Of a stretch of DNA of 44,608 bases, positions 1-9,944 are shown piece after piece. Position numbers and translations under genes: made by a program. The first letter of the stretch is position 1. Each line of letters starts with the position of its first letter. Where the stretch lies: assembly GCA_045862955.1 (NCBI GenBank), contig BTVI01000026.1, forward strand, positions 1 through 44,608, given 5' to 3'. A model generated the notes under the pieces. That model was not told the DNA's origin, made no database searches, and worked only from the letters and a program-made list of their open reading frames with translations. Origin of the DNA: Fimbriimonadales bacterium (GTDB lineage Bacteria > Armatimonadota > Fimbriimonadia > Fimbriimonadales > JABRVX01).

Positions 1-19
1 GCCTCTCGGCCCTCCCCTA

Positions 20-1274
20 CCCGTCATCCTGAGCTGGGCGAAGGATGAGCCTGTCGAAGGATGACACCGTCAGCCGCATGGTAGGCCCATCCTGTGAGAG
101 GTTGCGGCAGGTACCGCCATGCTTCGACAGGCTCAGCATGACGGTACCCAACAACCGCACATCCCTTACATGGCAGTCCTCACATGCCATCCCCTACAAC
201 ACGTCGCCTACATGACAGTCAGCAAATCACGTCCCCTACATCACATCCCCGACACCGCAGCCCCTACGTCACACTCCCTGCGTCCCCGCCTCCGGTAGGA
301 GCGGGAGCTCGGCCGCCCGCCTTGTCGAACGGGATGGCTAGCCCTCACGGCCCTCCCCAATCCGTCATCCTGAGCTTGTCGAAGGATGACACCGTGAGCC
401 GCATGGTGGGAGCGTACGGAGCGAGCCTCACGGCCCGCCCCAATCCGTCATGCTGAGCCTGTCGAAGCATGACGGCGCGGGCCGCATGGTAGGCCCATCC
501 TGTGAGAGGTTGCGGCAGGTACCGCCATGCTTCGACAAGCTCATGCTTCGACAAGCTCAGCATGACGGTACCGGATAACCGCAGATCCTCTATATGACAG
601 GCCCTACGTGACATCTCCTACCTGACGGTCCCTGCATGCTGTGTGCTGCGTGACATCTCCTACAACCCAGCCCCTACATCACAGCTCGTGCACCGCAGCC
701 CCTACGTCACACTGCCTGCGTCCCCACCTTATGCAGGAGTGGGAGCTCGGCCGCCCGCCTTATCGAACGCGATGGCTAGTCCTCACGGCCCTCCCCAATC
801 CGTCATCCTGAGCTTGTCGAAGGATGAGCCTGTGGAAGGAGGGCATCACGGGCCGCGTGGTAGCAGCGTACGGAGTGAGGCTCGCGGCCCGCCCCAGCCC
901 GTCATGCTGAGCCTGTCGAAGCATGACACCGTGAGCCGCATGGTAGTCCTAGCCTGTGAGAGGTTGCGGCAGGTACCGCCATGCTTCGACAAGCTCATGC
1001 TTCGACAGGCTCAGCATGACGGTACCGGATAACCGCAGATCGCTCTGCATTACATGCCCCGCGCGGGATCCCCTACGAGGCATCCCCGGCGCGGGATCCC
1101 CTACAAGAGATCCCCTACGAGACATCCCCGGCGCGAGATCCCCTACAAGAGATCCCCTACGAGGCATCCCCGGCGCGGGATCCCCTGCGAGACATCCCCG
1201 ACGAAAGATCCCCTACAAGACACCACCTACAAGACATCCCCTATATCACAGTCCCGAGGTCACGCGCCCTACGT
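20..1274. repeat. Composite REP-like repeat region: palindromic CGTCAT(G/C)CTGAGCYTGTCGAAG(C/G)ATGAC copies, GTAG-type hairpins and 14-bp minisatellite blocks, in a ~438-bp higher-order repeat
   Basis: Palindrome copies at ~22, 118 (inverted), 363, 446, 526 (inv), 801, 900 and 980 (inv). CACCGCAGCCCCTACGTCACACT recurs at 253 and 691. 14-bp periodic blocks at 158-283, 582-721 and 1065-1274. Confidence 0.9.
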
Positions 1275-4200
1275 CCCCACCTTGTGGAAGTTGATCAGCA
1301 CGATGGTGAGGTCCTCCAGGTCCACCTTGCCCGATCCGTTCAGGTCAGCCTCAGACGGCAACGTCGAGTTGAAGCGCAGCAGCACCGCGTTCGCATCGGG
1401 AAGTCCCACCTGGTTGTTGCCGTCCACGTCTCCGTTCGTCAGAAGATACGATGCATACGCCGGCGTGTTAGGGCTTAGCGTCAGCCCATCCATTCTCTGA
1501 CTGAGCCAGTGGCTGCCCTTGATCCGCAGCGAGGCCGCGCCCACGTGCTGCACCTCGATGCGATATGCACCCTGTGCTGCGAGCGTCGTCCAGCCCTCGC
1601 TCACCACGACGCCGTCTCCGTCGAGCACCTGGTAGGTAACCGGAAAGCCCAACGTGGGTGGCTGCCACAGCTCGAGGAACACCTGGCCCTGAATGGTCGA
1701 GGCTGGCATGTCAACCCAGAGTGCTGCGATCGCCTCGGTCTCCCAGTACTGAGAGTCACCCTCCCACGTCGCTGCGATGTCGTGCCGACCGATCTGCGCC
1801 CCACCGACCGGGTAAGGCACCGACGCATACCCGAGCGAGTCGGTCTGCGCCTGACCCAGCGGTACACCGTCCACGTAGAACGAGATCGCACGCCCGCCGA
1901 TGCCGCCACCCGTCCTGGCGAGCGCCAGCCGAGCGCGCAGAGTGACGGATCCTCCTTGCTTGCTGTAGGCGTCGTCTACCAGCAGCATCGTCTCCTGCTT
2001 CACCCTCTGCCCCGGTCCGATCGCATACAGCGTGTCGTTCACGTGCTGATACAGCGTCCCGTCCGCTCCCTGGATCGGGCCTCCCACCGAGAACACCGGA
2101 CCGAACGAGCGCGACCACGTCTTCGCCCCCAGGAAGTCGCCGAGCCACAGGTCCTGATTCCACCCGACGTTCCACACGCCGCCCAGTGCGTCCGAGCCGG
2201 CGGCCCACACATACTGAATAGTCTGCGGAAGCTTCCATAACAGTGTGCCATCGGGATCGAACTGGTATGTGCTCACGCGGACGCCGGGGCTCCACCCACC
2301 TACCACTCCGATGCGCCCGTTGGCGAGCAGGGTGGGCTTGCCATTGGCCCATGCAGGGATGGGGTAGTTCCACAGCGACGCGCCATCCGGTCCGAAGGCG
2401 TGCAGGCCTCGGGTGGTTGTCACGTACATGCGACCATCGGGGCTCAGCACCGGCGCCGATGCATAGTAGCCTGGTACGGTCACGAAGCCTTCCAACTCGC
2501 CGTTCAGCGTCAGCCGATACACGCGGCATTCGCCCGTTCCAACCTCGGTGCTAACGTACAGCTTATCGTCCGGCCCCACCGATAGGCCGGCGCCATTCAC
2601 CGGCACGTCCAGGGTCACCGTCCACCGCGGCACGCCGTCCGGCCACACGCTGTGCACGCGGTTGTCTCCCGCTACCCCCGTGTGGTAGAGGATGCCATGG
2701 CGATCCAGCACCAAGTTGCCATGTCCGCCTTGGGGCACGCTCCATATGGGCTGCAGGTTCTCGCCGAGTGCAGTCAGCGAAGCGTCGGTCAGCGCATACA
2801 CGGTTCCATCCACGCCGATGGCCACCGCGGTCAACCAATCACCAGCTAGCGGTATCGAGCCGAGCGGTTGACCGGACTCCGAGACGCGCTGTAAGGTGCT
2901 GCCCCAGCCGCAGTAGATATCGCCCTTCGCGTTGATGGCGAGCGGTTCGCCGATGCCGCTTATCGACCACTTGTCCGATGGCGTCTGCGGCGCGATCGCC
3001 CATGGGCTGTCGTGTGTGGACGCACTGTCCGCATGGAGCGTCGGCCACGGCGCGTCGCCCTGATAGGCGCCCACTCGCTCCACCGCATACACGCGCACCT
3101 GCAGCGAGCCGAATGGTGCGGTGGAGCCGCCGTTGTCGATCGCCAGCGTTAGCGGTTGCCCGTCGCCGAGCACCTCGTAGCGATACACGTGGCTGGGGGA
3201 GAAAGTGTGAGGATGGTAGAACACTCCGTCCGCGGTGCCCATCCAATCCACCCTCGCGCCGTTCAGCAGCAGGTCCAGCTCGTCTCCCGGAGCGGTCTCG
3301 TGCCACTGGCCGAAGCTGTCACGGTAGAACTCCGCATCGGCCTGCCTGCCTTGGTGCTTCCCACCCCACTGGCCGGATGCTTCGACCACATACCACCTGC
3401 CGGCTGTTAGTGGTCGGGTCGGGATCGGAGTACCATCGGCGGGAAGTTCAAGGACGTCGAGCTCGGCGGGAGCACGCTCGATGATACCGTAGGCCACGTG
3501 GGTGATCGGCCGAGACTCCCACTTGCCACCCTGATTGCCTGCTATGACCGCAACCTCGCCTGTGCCGGGCTGCCCCTCCTTCCAGTTCAGGTAGCCGATG
3601 CCCTCGCCACTCTCCCACCGCCACTTGCCAGCGCCCGGCTTCACATCGCGCAGGCCGATGAATAGGTCGAGCCCATCGCTGAACGTGTCGAGGATCCACT
3701 GCATCTCGTGGGCATCCCCCACGCTGACCAGATCGCCACCCAGACTGGTCGCTAGCCGCTGGATCTCGGGCCATGTACCAGCATCCTCGGAGACCATATA
3801 CTGCCTACCCGTCTCCGGGTCCAAGACCCAGCCGCGACGGTGTGTCACCGTCACATCCACGTAGCCCTCGCTGGGCACGTAGCGCTCGGTACCGCTATAT
3901 GCGGCGCGGAGTCTACGGACACCGGGCGTGCTGTAGGACCGCTCGATGCCTGCCTTCCCATCAACTAGGGGCATCGGATCTCCTAGCGGTACGCCGTCCT
4001 CGTAGAACTGCACGGTACCGCCAGCGGGCGTCGGCGACACGGTCGCCGTGACAGTGACTGGATCCCCCTGCTGGGCAGGGTTCGGCGTAGCAGTTACAGT
4101 TACCCTCGTGCTGACGCGATCTCCTTGCACCTTGATCCAGTTGTCGGTGATCCGAACGGAAGCGCCCGCATAGTCGAGGATTCGAGTCGACAGGCCGTCA

Positions 4201-4769
4201 CCGGTGAGCCGGTTCTCGAACGCCCAGTGAAGCTCTTGCCCTTCGGAGCCGGGTGCCACCGTGAAGGTGAACAGCGTCTTGTCGAAGTCCCACGCAGGCT
4301 TCTTGTTGCCAGCGACACCGATCAGCGCATAGAGGCCCTTCGTCGCGACCTTCGGATACGTGTTATCGCTCGGGTCCACGGCGTTGTCGTACATGTCGCC
4401 GTAGTCCGGCTGCCAGAACACCTTAATCGGGAAGTGCTCCGGCGGAGTCAGAACGGCGCCGATCTGGGCAGCCCAGGTGTTGGCCTGTGCGTCGCTTATG
4501 ATGTTGGTTCCGTCCAGAATGATGGTCGCCTGGAAGGTTCCCCACTTCTCCGTGTTGCCGGTCGGGTCAACCGCGAAGAAGAAATACCTGATGGCGATCT
4601 GGTCTCCCACGTCGCAGAGAAGTGCACCCGCGTTCGAGGTGCCTTTCGTCAGGTTCTCGAACCAGAGACGGACCGTGTATCCGCAGAAGCCGGGCAGCGC
4701 TAGCAGAAAAGCGCCGGCCACCAACAATAAGGCTCTCGGCATCGAGCGGCTCGGCCATGACCCACGCAT
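1269..4769 (-). CDS. Large secreted multidomain surface protein: Ig-like, C-type lectin, PQQ-like beta-propeller, Ig-like and C-terminal dockerin-like domains
   Basis: ATG at 4769 follows GGAGG. Hydrophobic signal peptide (ALLLVAGAFLLALPGFC). C-type lectin motifs FIGL..WRW..G..YLNW..GQP. Repeated G-x-x-x-W propeller blades. Terminal GDVDGNNQV..ADLNGSGKVDLEDL. Confidence 0.85.
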   Translation of the reverse strand: MRGSWPSRSMPRALLLVAGAFLLALPGFCGYTVRLWFENLTKGTSNAGALLCDVGDQIAIRYFFFAVDPTGNTEKWGTFQATIILDGTNIISDAQANTWAAQIGAVLTPPEHFPIKVFWQPDYGDMYDNAVDPSDNTYPKVATKGLYALIGVAGNKKPAWDFDKTLFTFTVAPGSEGQELHWAFENRLTGDGLSTRILDYAGASVRITDNWIKVQGDRVSTRVTVTATPNPAQQGDPVTVTATVSPTPAGGTVQFYEDGVPLGDPMPLVDGKAGIERSYSTPGVRRLRAAYSGTERYVPSEGYVDVTVTHRRGWVLDPETGRQYMVSEDAGTWPEIQRLATSLGGDLVSVGDAHEMQWILDTFSDGLDLFIGLRDVKPGAGKWRWESGEGIGYLNWKEGQPGTGEVAVIAGNQGGKWESRPITHVAYGIIERAPAELDVLELPADGTPIPTRPLTAGRWYVVEASGQWGGKHQGRQADAEFYRDSFGQWHETAPGDELDLLLNGARVDWMGTADGVFYHPHTFSPSHVYRYEVLGDGQPLTLAIDNGGSTAPFGSLQVRVYAVERVGAYQGDAPWPTLHADSASTHDSPWAIAPQTPSDKWSISGIGEPLAINAKGDIYCGWGSTLQRVSESGQPLGSIPLAGDWLTAVAIGVDGTVYALTDASLTALGENLQPIWSVPQGGHGNLVLDRHGILYHTGVAGDNRVHSVWPDGVPRWTVTLDVPVNGAGLSVGPDDKLYVSTEVGTGECRVYRLTLNGELEGFVTVPGYYASAPVLSPDGRMYVTTTRGLHAFGPDGASLWNYPIPAWANGKPTLLANGRIGVVGGWSPGVRVSTYQFDPDGTLLWKLPQTIQYVWAAGSDALGGVWNVGWNQDLWLGDFLGAKTWSRSFGPVFSVGGPIQGADGTLYQHVNDTLYAIGPGQRVKQETMLLVDDAYSKQGGSVTLRARLALARTGGGIGGRAISFYVDGVPLGQAQTDSLGYASVPYPVGGAQIGRHDIAATWEGDSQYWETEAIAALWVDMPASTIQGQVFLELWQPPTLGFPVTYQVLDGDGVVVSEGWTTLAAQGAYRIEVQHVGAASLRIKGSHWLSQRMDGLTLSPNTPAYASYLLTNGDVDGNNQVGLPDANAVLLRFNSTLPSEADLNGSGKVDLEDLTIVLINFHKVGT

Positions 4770-4803
4770 TCCTGTTCCCTCCGTCACCGCATTTGTTACA
4801 GAC

Positions 4804-4832
4804 AGTATAACACGGGTCTCCCCATTCGGCAC
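4804..4832 (-). promoter_or_regulatory. Putative sigma70 promoter of the surface protein gene
   Basis: Minus strand GTGCCG-N17-TATACT with extended -10 TG. Confidence 0.55.
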
Positions 4833-5093
4833 CTACACCGCTGCGCTGTCATCCGAACGGAGCGGTCCGGAGAACACCCGCTCGCCCGCGACCAACGGGC
4901 AGAATCGAAGCGGCTCAGCCCTCGGGCCGACCGCTTCAGGCGGCACGTTGCGGAACCATGAAGAAAGCCTCTGTCGCGAGGCTCCGATCGAACGGGATGG
5001 GGATGGCTGGCCGGGCCCAGCATCGCGTAGCGAGATCGCGATGCGTCCGCAGACTACAGTCCGCAGAGGGTGGGTGATCACTCCCGAAACATA

Positions 5094-5573
5094 CTACTGC
5101 GATTCGCTCAGCACCGCCGTGTAGGCCGCCCAAGCCTCCGCGTGGGCTTCGGGCGAGAGCAGGGCGTCCAGGCGCGGAAACAGGAACTTCTCCTCTCGCC
5201 TCTCGTGATGGTCCATCAGATGCTTGAACCGGCACTCTTCGTCCAGCAGCTCGATGACCTCCGTCGGCGCTATATTCGCCTGCGCTGCCAGTCTTTCCAA
5301 CTTGGCAACAATGCGCTGGACGTCGGCAGCGATCTTTCGGTGCTCGGCTGCGAATTGCTCCGGGCGTCCGCCTTCCACGGAGCCGCCGACCTGCTCGTAC
5401 AGCGGCAGCAGCACCTCGTCTTCCGCGCGCATGTGGGTGTCGAGCGCAGCGCTGAACTCGCGCAGTGCCGCAAGGGCCGCGGGGCCGTCGCGCAGCACCA
5501 GCGCTTCCTGGTGTCGCAGGAAGCACGCGTTCAGCTCACGGTGGGCTTCAGCTAACTCGTTGAAACTCGGCAA
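5094..5573 (-). CDS. Hemerythrin/HHE cation-binding domain protein
   Basis: H..HMRAED..EH..HHERREE pattern. Probable TTG start at 5573 after AGGAG, just downstream of the GT2 stop. Confidence 0.8.
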   Translation of the reverse strand: MPSFNELAEAHRELNACFLRHQEALVLRDGPAALAALREFSAALDTHMRAEDEVLLPLYEQVGGSVEGGRPEQFAAEHRKIAADVQRIVAKLERLAAQANIAPTEVIELLDEECRFKHLMDHHERREEKFLFPRLDALLSPEAHAEAWAAYTAVLSESQ

Positions 5574-5581
5574 GGCGTCTC

Positions 5582-6376
5582 CTACTGATGCCCCGGGTCC
5601 GTCGGCGCTACCGACGACTTGGCTCGAGCTTCCAGGGCCTGGCGCTGCTCCGGAGTGAGGGAGTCGTATGCCTTCTGTTGGCGTGCTCTCCGGTTCACGA
5701 ACCGCTGCGCAACCATCCACCGAATGTCGTGAATGCCCACCTTGATCGCGGCCAGCCACCCGTGAAAGTGGGACTTGCCGTAGCGCGGGTAGAAATCAAT
5801 CGGCACTTCCTTGAACTTGATGTACGGATTGGTGCTCGCCTCGATCTTGATTTGCCCGCTGAACTCCCAACTTCCGCCTTCCAAATGCATCAGGGGCAGG
5901 ATGCTCCTTCTGAACACCCACATCCCCGACTGAGAGTCTCGCAGCCATTTGCCGTACAGCAGGCCAAAGATGAGGGACAGCGCGTAATTCCCGACTACGT
6001 TTCGGAAGCGCATCGCGTCCTTTCGCTTCAACGGGAAGCGGGAGCAGGTGATGAAGTCCAACTGCTCGCGCTCCAGGATGTCCACCAACTCGGCGATTTG
6101 CACCGCGGGGTAAGTTCCGTCACCATCCATGGTCACGATCACGTCCTTAGTGGCGGCGCGGAAACCGCCCAACAGTGCGTGCCCGTACCCCTGCTTGGGC
6201 TCGGGCACCACCACGGCCCCCGCAGCGCGCGCGATCTCCACCGTGTTGTCCTTGGAGTTGTTGTCCACGCAGACGATCTCGTCCACGTAATCGGGGATGC
6301 CACGCAGGGTCTCCCCGATTCCCGCGGCTTCGTTGTAACAGGGGATCACGACCGAGATAGTGACTCCGTTGTACAT
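5582..6376 (-). CDS. Glycosyltransferase family 2 (DPM1-like polyprenol-phosphate sugar synthase)
   Basis: SVVIPCYNE, VDNNSKD, GYG, MDGDGTY, DSQSGM motifs. ATG at 6376. Confidence 0.9.
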   Translation of the reverse strand: MYNGVTISVVIPCYNEAAGIGETLRGIPDYVDEIVCVDNNSKDNTVEIARAAGAVVVPEPKQGYGHALLGGFRAATKDVIVTMDGDGTYPAVQIAELVDILEREQLDFITCSRFPLKRKDAMRFRNVVGNYALSLIFGLLYGKWLRDSQSGMWVFRRSILPLMHLEGGSWEFSGQIKIEASTNPYIKFKEVPIDFYPRYGKSHFHGWLAAIKVGIHDIRWMVAQRFVNRRARQQKAYDSLTPEQRQALEARAKSSVAPTDPGHQ

Positions 6377-6451
6377 GAACTCTCCCGAGTGATTGCGATG
6401 CACTGCCGGCTTGACGGATCCGCGCGACCCGCGGGCCTCTCCAAGCCCGCG

Positions 6452-7816
6452 ATGTTACCCCCAAGGAGCAAGCGTCGTGCCCTTGGAACGCAGACGATTG
6501 CCGGGGTACACTGCGCCGCCGTGGGCAGAACGGACTTTCGCGAGAGGCCTGCTTCCGCTGGGCTCGAGTGGCAACTCTCCCGAGCCGAGGTATGGCTTCT
6601 GGTCGCTATCCTGGTAACACGACTGGTCTATGTCCTTCTCGCTACCCAGGTCGACCCATTCCTCCAGAAGGACCCCCTCTACGGCGATGCCAAGCCGTTC
6701 GACCACGCCGCATGGAGCCTGGTCACCGGCAAGGGCTTCGACCTAGAAGTGCATCGGGCCCCGCTTCACGGGCTGATGATGGCCGCGGTGTATGCCATGG
6801 TGGGCCACCAACCGGATGCAGTCCGCGTGTTGCAGGCACTGATGGCACCCTTCGCCGCCCTGTTCTATCTGGTCGGCTTTCGGGCACTATTCGGGCGCAA
6901 GGTGGGGCTGTGTTTCCTCGTGCTGACGCTGCTCCAGCCCCAGCTGCTGCACGTCACCGGGTGGCTCTACTCCGAGAACCTAGTTCTCCTGCTGGTAGGT
7001 GCGCTCTTCGTCGCGCACTTGGCAGCGCTGAGGTCCGACTGGGAGGTCCGAGCCGCGGTAATCGTGGGAGTGCTCTTCGGCCTGCTGTCCCTCACGCGCC
7101 CAACCTTCTTACCCATGCTGGTGCTGTACGCGCTGTGGCTGCTCTTCCGATTGCCGAGCGGCCGGCGGCTCGCCGTGTTGGGAGCCGTGGTGCTGCCGGC
7201 GCTTATCGTCATCTCACCCTGGACGTATCGGAACTACAACGTCTATGGAGCTTTCGTGCCGATCAGTCTCGCGGGTGGGGTATTCGCGGGCTTCAACAGC
7301 CCGAAGTCCTATGGCAAGATGCCACCCACTTTCCACCTGTGGCCGATGAAGGATGGGACGGTGATTGACGTGTGGGCGGAGACAAAGGGCCAGTCGCGCT
7401 ATGAGATCGACAAGTTCTATGGCCGTACCGCGCTCCGTTGGGTGCTGGAGAATCCCGGGCACACGCTGGCGCAGATTCCCAAGAAGTACTATAACACGCT
7501 ATCGCCCCTGGGAACGGGCGTTCCGACCGCTCAGCGACCCTGGCAGGCAGGTTCCAAAGTACAGATGCTTGCTGATGCGGTCTTCTTCGCCTATCTCGTG
7601 ATATGCGTGTGGGGGCTGGGCAGGGCTCTTCGACGGTACTGGGCAGAACTGATACCCTTCACGCTGATGGCCTTCACCATCTTCCTCGCGGTAACAGTGT
7701 TCGGAGGCACCTCCCGTTACCTCCTTCCGCTCGCGCCAGCGTTCCTAGCAGGCTTCTGCGTAATCCTGTGTAGGTGGCGGGCCCCCGTGAATGACGTACC
7801 GACTGAGCAGCACTAG
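6452..7816 (+). CDS. Integral membrane GT-C (ArnT/PMT-like) glycosyltransferase; start uncertain (6452 or 6521)
   Basis: Many TM segments. D..P..HRAP, LYSENL, LTRP, SPWTYRN, SRYLLP motifs. The ORF-track extension to 5588 is antisense to the GT2 gene. Confidence 0.75.
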   Translation: MLPPRSKRRALGTQTIAGVHCAAVGRTDFRERPASAGLEWQLSRAEVWLLVAILVTRLVYVLLATQVDPFLQKDPLYGDAKPFDHAAWSLVTGKGFDLEVHRAPLHGLMMAAVYAMVGHQPDAVRVLQALMAPFAALFYLVGFRALFGRKVGLCFLVLTLLQPQLLHVTGWLYSENLVLLLVGALFVAHLAALRSDWEVRAAVIVGVLFGLLSLTRPTFLPMLVLYALWLLFRLPSGRRLAVLGAVVLPALIVISPWTYRNYNVYGAFVPISLAGGVFAGFNSPKSYGKMPPTFHLWPMKDGTVIDVWAETKGQSRYEIDKFYGRTALRWVLENPGHTLAQIPKKYYNTLSPLGTGVPTAQRPWQAGSKVQMLADAVFFAYLVICVWGLGRALRRYWAELIPFTLMAFTIFLAVTVFGGTSRYLLPLAPAFLAGFCVILCRWRAPVNDVPTEQH

Positions 7817-7830
7817 TTGGAACCTGTTTA

Positions 7831-9828
7831 CTACTGCACCCGCACCTTGAATGTCAGCGTGCCGCTCGCACCTGGGTTGACCGTCCCGACATTCCACACC
7901 ACTCGGTTCTGGACGATGTCGTACACGCCGCCATTCTGAGCAGAGGAGAACGACGTATAGGGAGGCACGGAAGCGCTGACATATGCGTTGAGGGCCGAGG
8001 CAGTCCCGACATTGCGGAACTCCACCCGGTAGGTGACGATCTCGCCTGGCGCAGGGGTGGCAGGGCTTGCGGTCATGCTCATTACCAGCTTCGGCGCATT
8101 CAGCAGGATCAGACCCGTGCGCGGCGCCAACGACTTCGTTCCGGGCTCGACAACGTTGCCGTCGAGGTCCTGGTACACGCCAGGGCAGGTCCATAGGAAC
8201 GTCTGGGTCTCCGCCGGGTTGACGACGACCAAGCCATTCTCGAACGCTCGCTTGATCAGCGCGCCCGTGCTCATATTGCCGGCTACCACCTTATAGGTCT
8301 CCGTCGGTCTTCCCAGCGGAGCGGCGAACTCGTCGAACCATGCAGCTTCGGTCTCCGGAGTGGCGAAGCCGAAGTAGGTGTTGTCCGACATTCCGCACAG
8401 ATAGGAGGCCAGGGCATACCGACGGATAGCTACCCACGAATCGGGAAGCCGATGACCGACGATGATAATCTTCGAGCCAGCGTTGACGAGCGAGAGGAAC
8501 TTGTATCTCCAACTGTTCCAGTCAGAGTAGAAGACGCTTCCGTCCTTCTCCTGCATCGCGAAGCCCCACTCGAAGATGAACCCATCGCACAGCTGGATCC
8601 ACGTCGCGCCAGGTTCTTCGAGAATTCCGGTGCAGCCCATGTTGGGGATGAGCTTGATACCCATCTGTCTTAGCGGTTGCAGCTTCTGCAAGAGCCCCGT
8701 GACCGCTGCCTGCCACTCGGCGTCCGTGGCGTATCCTGCGGGGTCGCGCTGATTGAGGGTGTTCAGCCTTCGGTCTTGGTGAAGGAACTCCACGAGCAGT
8801 GCATCCCATTTCTCGCGCGGCGCCAGCTCCAGAATGCGTGCTAACAGGTGATCCTGGTAGTCGGTGTTCCCCAGATCCAGACTCGTGGCATTGTCCCCCT
8901 GCATCAAGTTCCCCTCGGCGTCCCTAAGGAACCACTCGGGGTGATTCGCCTGAACCCAACTGAAGGGGAATAGGTTCTCCAACGAGTAGTGGTCCTCATC
9001 GGCCGTGTAGGCCACACGCATCCAGTGAATGTTCAGAAACTCGGGTCGTAGCGCTTTGATGCCCGGTGCATTGTGGTATTCGTGTTGGCCCGCAGCGTCT
9101 GCCCGTCGAGCAGTCTCCACCCAGTTCTTGTACTGGCGGTACATATAGAACAGCTTGATCGGCTTCTCGAAGGGTGGTTCGTACACGCGGCCGTCCGTCA
9201 GCCGAACATCGTCCAGCCAGATGGTTCCGCTCGAGTTTCCGGCCGTGGCCATGATGTGGAATCCAACGTGCAGCTCGGTGCGGTCCTCCGGTACATACAC
9301 CTCACCCTGCCACTCCCGCCACGTCAGCTCGGGAGTGAGGACGGTGCTTCGCTGAAACTCCCCATAGCCCACGTTGGGGTCCGAAGGTAGCACGCAGCGG
9401 TACCACACCTTCCACTGAACATTCTGAACGGTTTCGCTGGTCCGGTACTTGAAGCGAAGAAGGACACGAGAACCGGGACGTAGCGCGCCGTCCGAGACCT
9501 TAGTCTGCGCCCAGAAAGTAAGACCGTAGCTAGACCCATCGTTCTTACTGATTGCAACCCGTTGCGAGCGAATCCCGTGAGCCGGGCTCTCCGAGGAGAG
9601 CCCGACAGTGAACACAGACTTGTTGTACACGGGCTGTTTGGTTACGGGATCGACGATGGTCCCCCACCAATTCGCGAATCCGTCACCATCCCAATCGTCC
9701 TCGAAGCTGCCGATGCCCTCGAGCATGTTGAACTGACTTGGCGACCCTTGGGCGACCGAAACGCAGCAGACCGCCGTCAGCGCCAGGGGAACGATGAGGG
9801 CACGGATGATGTCTCGCGGCATGGTCAC
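7831..9828 (-). CDS. Secreted putative glycoside hydrolase (GHL15-like) with N-terminal carbohydrate-binding-like domain and C-terminal DUF11 domain
   Basis: Signal peptide. GSFE..IWLDDVRL (CBM-like). HPEWFL, PLGRP, RAFENGLVVVNP. PGEIVTYRVEFRNVG..VVWNVGTVNPG (DUF11-like). Confidence 0.65.
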   Translation of the reverse strand: MTMPRDIIRALIVPLALTAVCCVSVAQGSPSQFNMLEGIGSFEDDWDGDGFANWWGTIVDPVTKQPVYNKSVFTVGLSSESPAHGIRSQRVAISKNDGSSYGLTFWAQTKVSDGALRPGSRVLLRFKYRTSETVQNVQWKVWYRCVLPSDPNVGYGEFQRSTVLTPELTWREWQGEVYVPEDRTELHVGFHIMATAGNSSGTIWLDDVRLTDGRVYEPPFEKPIKLFYMYRQYKNWVETARRADAAGQHEYHNAPGIKALRPEFLNIHWMRVAYTADEDHYSLENLFPFSWVQANHPEWFLRDAEGNLMQGDNATSLDLGNTDYQDHLLARILELAPREKWDALLVEFLHQDRRLNTLNQRDPAGYATDAEWQAAVTGLLQKLQPLRQMGIKLIPNMGCTGILEEPGATWIQLCDGFIFEWGFAMQEKDGSVFYSDWNSWRYKFLSLVNAGSKIIIVGHRLPDSWVAIRRYALASYLCGMSDNTYFGFATPETEAAWFDEFAAPLGRPTETYKVVAGNMSTGALIKRAFENGLVVVNPAETQTFLWTCPGVYQDLDGNVVEPGTKSLAPRTGLILLNAPKLVMSMTASPATPAPGEIVTYRVEFRNVGTASALNAYVSASVPPYTSFSSAQNGGVYDIVQNRVVWNVGTVNPGASGTLTFKVRVQ

Positions 9829-9944
9829 GGTTCACCCACAGGGAGAGCTACGGCTATTGTTCCCCTTCTCGTGCCCCGCTGCCCACAGCACGATTGCCAG
9901 GACGAACGTTCACCGAAGACTTTCGTATGCCAGAATCGAAGAAG

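Noticed and set aside
184..1500. Short ORFs containing VMLSLSKH, FDRLSMT or RDPLRGIP (also 16957-17169 and 24264-25198)
   Set aside because: They are translations of the non-coding repeats in several frames, with no RBS or domain signal.
5588..6451. ORF-track N-terminal extensions (5588, 22312, 26301, 28172, 38131, 39635 etc.)
   Set aside because: They overlap better-supported genes or intergenic signals. Family motifs and RBS or promoter positions indicate later starts.
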